A DNA stretch of 64,000 bases, taken from a bacterium (lineage in GTDB: Bacteria > Patescibacteriota > Minisyncoccia > UBA6257 > WO2-44-18). Within the stretch, counting starts at the first letter, position 1. Each line of letters begins with the position of its first letter. This document shows, piece by piece, positions 57,651-64,000 of this stretch. The stretch is from the NCBI GenBank assembly GCA_030689595.1, contig JAUYHP010000031.1:22666-86665 (forward strand). Reading direction: 5' to 3'. A program made the translations under genes and the position numbers. The notes below the pieces were generated by a model. It had not been told where the DNA came from. It did not search any database and saw only the letters and a program-made list of their open reading frames with translations.

Positions 57651-59811
57651 GCTTGTGAAGAATATTGTATCTCTGGCTATAATCGCTGTCATAACGCTGA
57701 CAATAGCTCAACCCCTGGTGGCATCAGCACAGGTTGAAATGCCGTTCGACCTAGAAGAAGAGAGGAGGCATGAAGAAGATATTGTAGATAAACCTGTGAC
57801 CGATGAGTATCGTTACGAAATAGATGAGTACAAAAAGGCTTTAGAACTTTCGGACGAAGAAGCCCAGAGCAAGAAGATAAAAGAAATCAATGAGGGAATT
57901 ATCCGCCAAGAATACGAGAAGAGAAAAGACAATGGAAAAAGCCTCAGCCAAAACAGTGAAGAGATCTCCAAAATCCAAGGACAAGTTGAAGAACGGGCCA
58001 AAATAGAAAAATCTCGGGAAAATGTAGGAAGCTGCGGTTGGAATGACTTCGGCTGTCACCTTACGCTGTTTGTCGGGAAATTATTAAATGGCGTCGCCTA
58101 TGGAATTAATCTTGTAGTTGGCACACTAATAGCCTTAGCTGGAGCGCTAATAAATATACTAGCCACACTTAGCAGTACACTACCCCGGAATCAATTTGTG
58201 CTAACCGGCTTCGCGCTAACGCTTAATTTTGCCAATCTCGGCTTTGTATTGGCTATTATATTTATAGCCCTTACTACCATACTTAGATTAGAAAAATATA
58301 AAACCAAAGATTTATTATGGAAGCTGATTGTAGCTGCTGTTCTGGTAAATTTTAGCTTTGCTATAACCGGTTTTATATTAGACTTTGCCAATATTATTGG
58401 TTCGTTATTCTTAGAAGCCGCTACCGGAGGGGACGTCGCAGATATAGCCGCCAGCTTGTCCAATACTGTTGATTTGGGGAAACTTAGTACTATACAAAGT
58501 GGTGGCAGCATAAGCACATTGATTGAATTATTAGTATTATTTTCTGGGTTTGTAATAAAAATAATATTCAGCGTTATGGTGATGGTAACATTTTTCGTTT
58601 TTGCCTTTATGATGTTGATGAGGAATATCTGGCTAATAATGTTATTGATACTTATGCCCGCGGTTTGGCTACTCTGGATTTTTCCCGATACATCTCAACA
58701 TTGGAAAAATTGGTGGAATAAATTCATATCATGGACATTTTTCTATCCGATATCAATGTTCTTCTTCTATCTGGCGATTAACTCTTCAGGTAATGTCTCT
58801 GATAAAATCACCGAAAATTTAAATAACCAAAGTAATACGATAATTGCCTTTGGAAATCTCGATATTGACGCGGATGGGCTAACCACTTATCTGGGACTGT
58901 TCGTAAAAATAGGCCTAATTATTGGCGGGCTTATAGCCGCTCAACAAATGGGCATAGCTTCCGCTGGAATTGGCTTAAAAGCCGCCGGGGGCATCAAGGG
59001 TTGGGCTACCGGAAAAGCCGGGAAAATTACCAAGGGTGCGGCCAAGGCCACAGCTGGTGCTGGCGCTAAGGCAGCTGGTGCTACGCTAGGTCAAAAGATG
59101 ACATCATCCAAGCCTTGGAAGGGCGCTGCCAATCTTGCTTCCAAGATGGGCCTCACGGGATTAGCTGCTGGCATGTATAATCGCACTGAAGCGCCTAAGC
59201 GCGCGGCGGCCGAGTCACAAAAACAGCTTGCCAGCGATAGCAATGACGCAATATTGGCCAAATCTAAGAGGGCTTACTCGCCACAAGAAAAAGCCGCTCA
59301 TGCTAATGAGTTGGTTAAGCGTGGTATAGAGGGAGACTTTATTAAAAAATATGGCCAAGCATCCTTTGGTTCTCTACTTAATGCCGCTAAAGATACCGGC
59401 CATAACAAAGACATCTTAGAAAATTCAATGGAATATGGAAAGAAAGTTATACACGAATCGAAGCTGGTAGATAATGATGGTAAGAAGCTGGAGGGTGGCG
59501 CTCGCGATAATAAAATTCTTGAGATTGCGGCCACAGCATATAATCCGGCTAAAACTGCTAAAATCAAGACTGGTTATATTAAAGAAGGCGCCCAGTATTT
59601 CAACCTGAAGCTAGCAAGAACCATATTTAAAGATGGCAACGCGGAACAAACGGGTGCATTGAAAGAAGTGGCAAATGAAATAGCAAAAACAGAGGGGGGC
59701 TCACAACATCCATTAGTCAGAATGATGAAAATAACACCAGCGGCACAGCAAGGTGAAACAACAAGCCATAAAAAATTCGGCGGACGGAAAGACTTCAAGA
59801 AGGGAAACTAA
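57643..59811 (+). CDS. polytopic membrane protein, VirB6/TrbL-like (tentative)
   Basis: signal peptide, coiled region, about 6 TM helices, long Lys/Ala/Gly-rich cytoplasmic tail. Confidence 0.4.
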   Translation: MNKLVKNIVSLAIIAVITLTIAQPLVASAQVEMPFDLEEERRHEEDIVDKPVTDEYRYEIDEYKKALELSDEEAQSKKIKEINEGIIRQEYEKRKDNGKSLSQNSEEISKIQGQVEERAKIEKSRENVGSCGWNDFGCHLTLFVGKLLNGVAYGINLVVGTLIALAGALINILATLSSTLPRNQFVLTGFALTLNFANLGFVLAIIFIALTTILRLEKYKTKDLLWKLIVAAVLVNFSFAITGFILDFANIIGSLFLEAATGGDVADIAASLSNTVDLGKLSTIQSGGSISTLIELLVLFSGFVIKIIFSVMVMVTFFVFAFMMLMRNIWLIMLLILMPAVWLLWIFPDTSQHWKNWWNKFISWTFFYPISMFFFYLAINSSGNVSDKITENLNNQSNTIIAFGNLDIDADGLTTYLGLFVKIGLIIGGLIAAQQMGIASAGIGLKAAGGIKGWATGKAGKITKGAAKATAGAGAKAAGATLGQKMTSSKPWKGAANLASKMGLTGLAAGMYNRTEAPKRAAAESQKQLASDSNDAILAKSKRAYSPQEKAAHANELVKRGIEGDFIKKYGQASFGSLLNAAKDTGHNKDILENSMEYGKKVIHESKLVDNDGKKLEGGARDNKILEIAATAYNPAKTAKIKTGYIKEGAQYFNLKLARTIFKDGNAEQTGALKEVANEIAKTEGGSQHPLVRMMKITPAAQQGETTSHKKFGGRKDFKKGN

Positions 59812-59853
59812 AAGAAGGGCAGGACCAAAACAATACTAATTAATACTCAAAAA

Positions 59854-60765
59854 ATGAACTTTTCAGAATTACCAGAACCAATTAGAGATTGGCTGTCCTC
59901 ATCTACTATCTCCTTACTCATAGAAAAGTTAAATGATAAATATGATATACCAGTCGAAAAAGAATCTGTTATAGCCACTATGATATTGGAGCTAGCCGTG
60001 GGGGAATTAAAGGCAAGTAATTTTATAAATGAATTGGGACTTAGATTGTCAATGGATATTAAGAAAAGCAGCGATGTAGCAAAAGAGATAGATCAAAAAA
60101 TTGTTCGCTCCATCGAACAAGACTTAAGAAGAATAGGCATCGAAGTCGGATTTTTATCTTCACAATCATCAGCAAAAGCAGTGCCACCACCCGGCCAACC
60201 ACCACTTAAAAAACAACCGCCAGGGATAGCCAGTAACGAAAACCGTCCTGTTGTCACGGAGCCACAATCAGCTTCGCTACCCAAAACAGAAACGTCACAA
60301 TCATCAATCGCAGCTAAAGCACTACAACCGCAGCAGCAGCCAGTGAGATCGTCAAAGCCACAGCTTAAAAACAGAGGCGACCAACCATTCCTGGTTTACC
60401 ATGAGCAGCGTGGCGTCGGAGAAGTTCCAGAATCACTACCAACAAAACCAGCTGAACAGCGGCAGCCTGAACCACAAATGCGGCCCACGCAGTCAAATGA
60501 AAAACAACCGACAAGCGGTAGCAACGCGAATATCAACATTCCAATTAGGACCAACCAAGCACTTACACCACCGCCAGAGGTAGCACGACCAACGCCACCA
60601 CCAACTCTACCAGTTGCCCCACCTAGGCCAATTAGTAGACCGCCTTCTGCGCGACCCACGCCGAAACCTCCATCACCACCGCCAATTGCCAGCCCAACCG
60701 CCACGCGAATAGTCCATTACAGCAACTATCTAACCCAATTCAAAGACAAGGGGGTGATCGTTTAG
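59854..60765 (+). CDS. hypothetical protein with Pro-rich C-terminal tail
   Basis: PPPTLPVAPPRPISRPPSARPTPKPPSPPP. Confidence 0.4.
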   Translation: MNFSELPEPIRDWLSSSTISLLIEKLNDKYDIPVEKESVIATMILELAVGELKASNFINELGLRLSMDIKKSSDVAKEIDQKIVRSIEQDLRRIGIEVGFLSSQSSAKAVPPPGQPPLKKQPPGIASNENRPVVTEPQSASLPKTETSQSSIAAKALQPQQQPVRSSKPQLKNRGDQPFLVYHEQRGVGEVPESLPTKPAEQRQPEPQMRPTQSNEKQPTSGSNANINIPIRTNQALTPPPEVARPTPPPTLPVAPPRPISRPPSARPTPKPPSPPPIASPTATRIVHYSNYLTQFKDKGVIV

Positions 60766-60820
60766 TTTTTTGTAGTTAAGTCGTCTGCGCCACAGCGTAG
60801 GCTAATAAATTTAGACAACC

Positions 60821-61354
60821 ATGGCACAATATCAAGTACCACAATTTATCGAAGCGGAAGATAAAATCGTCGGACCACTAACCTTAAAGCAATTTTTATA
60901 TATAGGCGCAGGTGCAGCGGTGATTTTTCTGACGTTTTTTATATTGAAATTTTTTCTCTGGCTTATTCTGGCATCGGTGGTGGCCATATTATCGCTCGCC
61001 ATGGCTTTCGTAAAATATAATGGTCGGCCGCTACCGAAGATAATGGTATCGGCTTTCCAATATTTCTGGAGTCCACGCATGTACACCTGGCAAAGAGAAG
61101 ATACTAAAATCGAGGTCCCTGACGTCAAAATACCAAAAATGCCACAAGCGCCCACACCAATCAAAGTTGTACCAAGGGAAGAAATCGAAGAAAAGCCGCC
61201 AGTGCCACTTAAAAAACTGAAGCTGAAACTATCAACTAGCAACGAAGCTGCGACAGTCCAGCCGAATGCAGAAAAAGGTAGGCATGACCTATTCCAAATT
61301 TTTAGAAAAACCACCGGCGAGAGAGATGTGGCCAGAAGAATAGATTATAGATAA
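60821..61354 (+). CDS. small 2-TM protein, PrgI/VirB3-like (tentative)
   Basis: hairpin of two TM helices immediately upstream of VirB4-like genes. Confidence 0.4.
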   Translation: MAQYQVPQFIEAEDKIVGPLTLKQFLYIGAGAAVIFLTFFILKFFLWLILASVVAILSLAMAFVKYNGRPLPKIMVSAFQYFWSPRMYTWQREDTKIEVPDVKIPKMPQAPTPIKVVPREEIEEKPPVPLKKLKLKLSTSNEAATVQPNAEKGRHDLFQIFRKTTGERDVARRIDYR

Positions 61355-61376
61355 TAAACAAGATATCAGCTATTCG

Positions 61377-62081
61377 TTGTATAATAAGAATATGGCAAAG
61401 AAATCCGACACAAAACCAACACAACAATTTGTAGAAATCGAAGGGGTTCGTGATGGTGTTTTGACATTAAAAAATGGCGGCTTGCGTAGAATATTAATGG
61501 TCAACGGTGTCAATTTTGACCTGAAGTCAGAAGAAGAACAAAATTTGATAATCTTCAGTTATCAAAATTTTATTAATGGCTTGGATTTTTCCGTGCAAAC
61601 TCTGGTACATTCACGCAAATTGAATATCGACACTTATTTGGGAAAGTTGGATGACCGACGCTCTCAAGAAGACAATGAGCTGTTGCGTAATCAAATTGGT
61701 GAATATCAACAATTTATACGCTCTTTTGTAAACGAAAATGCGATTATGGAGAAAACCTTCTTCGTGGTTGTGTCATTCGATGGTATCCAAATAGGAGAAG
61801 TCGGTCAAAAATTGTCTGAAAAGCTTTTGAGCTTCCTACCGTTTAAAAAAACAGCTGCCAAAAAAAATGAAGCCGCCGAAGCCGCTAAAGCTCAAAAAGA
61901 GCAGAGCCGAGTACACAATATCGAACAACTGGATCAGCGCGTTAACCAGGTTATAGCGGGATTGCGCCAGATAGGTCTAAACGTAGCTCAACTCAATGAC
62001 GAACAAATTATTGAATTATTCTATAATCTATACAATCCCAAGACCGTCGAGAAAGAAACGCTAGAAATAGCGCGACGATAA
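61377..62081 (+). CDS. VirB4/TrsE N-terminal-domain-like protein (separate ORF)
   Basis: ends TAA 4 nt before the VirB4 ATPase ORF; length 234 aa plus 569 aa is about a full VirB4. Confidence 0.35.
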   Translation: MYNKNMAKKSDTKPTQQFVEIEGVRDGVLTLKNGGLRRILMVNGVNFDLKSEEEQNLIIFSYQNFINGLDFSVQTLVHSRKLNIDTYLGKLDDRRSQEDNELLRNQIGEYQQFIRSFVNENAIMEKTFFVVVSFDGIQIGEVGQKLSEKLLSFLPFKKTAAKKNEAAEAAKAQKEQSRVHNIEQLDQRVNQVIAGLRQIGLNVAQLNDEQIIELFYNLYNPKTVEKETLEIARR

Positions 62082-62085
62082 TAAT

Positions 62086-63795
62086 ATGGAAAATAAATTT
62101 GAAGAAATAAAAAACGTTATAGCACCGGCGGCCCTAGAGGTATCGTCTAACTATATTAAAATCGGCGATAAAGTTACTAAGACGTTGTTTATCTTTACTT
62201 ACCCCCGCTATCTTTCCACTGGTTGGTTCTCTCCAATCATCAATTTGCCGGAATTATTAGATATATCGATTTTCGTACATCCGGTAGAAACCGCTTTAGC
62301 TCTAAAAAATCTCCGCAAAAAAGCCACCCAAATACAGGCCCAACTTAGCGAACGAGAAGAAAAGGGCCTAGTCAGAGATCCAATCTTGGAAACAGCTTTT
62401 CAAGATATTGAAAATCTGCGTGATTCATTGCAACAATCACGCGAAAATCTATTTAATATCGGGGTCTATATTACGCTATATGCTGACAACGTTGAAGAGC
62501 TTAGTAAGCTAGAGTCACGCGTGACCTCTATGCTAGAAAGTCGTCTGGTATATCTCAAATCAGCGGCCTTTCAACAAATCGATGGCTTCACTTCCACGCT
62601 GCCAATAGCTTCTGATAAATTATCTATACACACATCACTAAACTCGAGCCCAGCCTCATCACTGTTCCCGTTTTCTTCAGCCAATTTAACTTCTGATGAA
62701 GGCGTGCTTTACGGCATAAACCGCCATAACAATACCCTAATTATCTTTGACCGATTTTCACTGGAGAACGCTAACGTGGTTATTTTTGCTAAATCAGGCG
62801 CTGGTAAATCATATTTCACCAAATTGGAGGCGCTAAGATTAATGATGCTAGGAACTGACGTCTTGATCATTGATCCTGAAAATGAATATGAAAACTTAGC
62901 CACAGCAGTCGGGGGTAGTTTTTTCAAAATATCTTTAACCTCTGACAACAATATCAATCCCTTTGATATCCCGCCCATACCCAAAGGCGAGTCGTCTGGC
63001 GAAGTGCTTAGATCACATATAGTCAATTTAACTGGTTTGATAAAATTGATGCTGGGCAAGATAACTCCATCCGAAGACGCATTATTGGACCAGGCAATTT
63101 CCGAAACTTATGCCGCTAACGATGTTGTCCCAGGTAAAGACTTCGCTAACGCTCCACCACCACTCTTGGAAAATCTGCAGACTGTTCTAGAAAACATGGA
63201 AGGTGGCCGTGAGATGGCCCAACGTCTATATAAATTCGTTAAAGGTAGTTATGCGGGTTTCACTAATAAGCCAACTAATATAGATATTAAAAATAGACTG
63301 ATCGTATTTTCGATACGCGACCTAGAAGAAGAATTGAGACCAATAGCTATGTATATAATTCTTAATTTTATCTGGAATTTAATCAGATCTAACCTTAAGC
63401 GCCGAACGTTATTTATCGATGAAGCTTGGTGGATGATGAAACACGAAGATGGCGCCACTTTTCTATTCAGTCTAGTAAAAAGAGCGCGCAAATATTATTT
63501 GGGCGTTACAACCATAACTCAAGACATAGAAGACTTCCTTAATTCACCTTATGGCCGCCCGATCTTAACTAATTCATCGCTGCAGCTGCTATTGAAACAA
63601 TCATCAGCTACGATAGATATCTTAGGCAAAGCCTTTAATCTAACTCAAAGCGAAAAAAATTTGTTGCTGGAAGCCGAAGTGGGTCAAGGCCTGTTCTTCG
63701 CTGGACCAAATCACGTTGCCATCCAGATTATAGCTTCTTACTATGAAGATAAGATTATCACCACCAATCCCGAACAGTTATTACAACAGCAATAA
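62086..63795 (+). CDS. VirB4/TrsE-family type IV secretion ATPase (C-terminal ATPase portion)
   Basis: Walker A AKSGAGKS, Walker B LFIDEAWWMM, VirB4 C-terminal motifs. Confidence 0.75.
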   Translation: MENKFEEIKNVIAPAALEVSSNYIKIGDKVTKTLFIFTYPRYLSTGWFSPIINLPELLDISIFVHPVETALALKNLRKKATQIQAQLSEREEKGLVRDPILETAFQDIENLRDSLQQSRENLFNIGVYITLYADNVEELSKLESRVTSMLESRLVYLKSAAFQQIDGFTSTLPIASDKLSIHTSLNSSPASSLFPFSSANLTSDEGVLYGINRHNNTLIIFDRFSLENANVVIFAKSGAGKSYFTKLEALRLMMLGTDVLIIDPENEYENLATAVGGSFFKISLTSDNNINPFDIPPIPKGESSGEVLRSHIVNLTGLIKLMLGKITPSEDALLDQAISETYAANDVVPGKDFANAPPPLLENLQTVLENMEGGREMAQRLYKFVKGSYAGFTNKPTNIDIKNRLIVFSIRDLEEELRPIAMYIILNFIWNLIRSNLKRRTLFIDEAWWMMKHEDGATFLFSLVKRARKYYLGVTTITQDIEDFLNSPYGRPILTNSSLQLLLKQSSATIDILGKAFNLTQSEKNLLLEAEVGQGLFFAGPNHVAIQIIASYYEDKIITTNPEQLLQQQ

Positions 63796-63806
63796 TATGG
63801 AACAAA

Positions 63807-64000
63807 AGCCAAAATTATATCTCGCCGAAACCATAATCCTATTGATGATAGCTGTCATAATTGATGCTACCGGAATCTTCTTGTTATTCTTCGCCCTGGA
63901 CGACTTCTTTATAACGGATATTTTTGGCCTGACTATGAACGGTTATTTCCGAATCAGAAAAGTAAATGGGGCTGGCTATGATTTAGTCGCCTCTTTACTT
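63807..64000 (+). CDS. membrane protein, 3'-truncated by window edge
   Basis: ATG after VirB4 with hydrophobic helices; runs off the window. Confidence 0.3.

Overview
This 64-kb window reads like part of a small, AT-rich (~40% GC), gene-dense bacterial genome with compact or truncated housekeeping proteins and frequent gene overlaps. The architecture is reminiscent of Patescibacteria/CPR-like genomes, but that is an inference. No rRNA genes, CRISPR array, integrase or transposase were recognised.

I recognise these housekeeping genes by motif:
- Translation: valS, glyQS, argS, ileS, trpS, tsaD, rsmA, cca.
- RNA turnover: the 3' part of pnp, and RNase J.
- DNA repair: recG, uvrC, a uvrD/pcrA-family helicase, recO-like, an HhH-GPD glycosylase, YraN and ComM/YifB.
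- Other: an ECF sigma factor with a DUF4349 anti-sigma partner, an Hsp20, an M16 peptidase, a LysM-M23 peptidase, an AI-2E transporter, secG and an ABC substrate-binding protein.

Eight tRNA features are present: Glu, Leu, Ser, Pro, a Val-Lys-Arg cluster, and one 3'-half tRNA fragment.

The observations most worth a second look, in order:
1. A ~550-bp intergenic array of about 9-11 copies of the canonical parS centromere palindrome TGTTTCACGTGAAACA at a regular ~48-bp spacing (8355-8910), just upstream of yraN. No parAB genes lie in the window.
2. A neighbouring TrpR/YerC-like HTH gene bracketed by two copies of a 30-40-bp palindrome whose core, TTTCACATGTGAAA, resembles a parS half-site pair.
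3. Three GC-rich islands (~58-62% GC against ~40% background), each driven by a near-consensus sigma70 promoter. One (10796-11489) is a ~650-nt apparently non-coding transcription unit with a strong intrinsic terminator, a candidate large structured RNA of unknown class. Two are protein-coding cargo genes (32447-32887 on the minus strand, and 49635-50588).
4. An IleRS carrying a ~190-aa histidine-phosphatase (PGAM/SixA-like, RHG motif) domain inserted between the WxISRxRYWG motif and the zinc-binding/KMSKS region.
5. A small islet anchored at tRNA-Ser with an N-terminally truncated XRE-HTH pseudogene, a tRNA 3'-half fragment beside the Val-Lys-Arg cluster, and a possible Translin-like gene preceded by triple direct repeats.
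6. A type-IV-secretion-like cluster at the 3' end (VirB6/TrbL-like, PrgI/VirB3-like, VirB4) in which VirB4 appears split into two ORFs.
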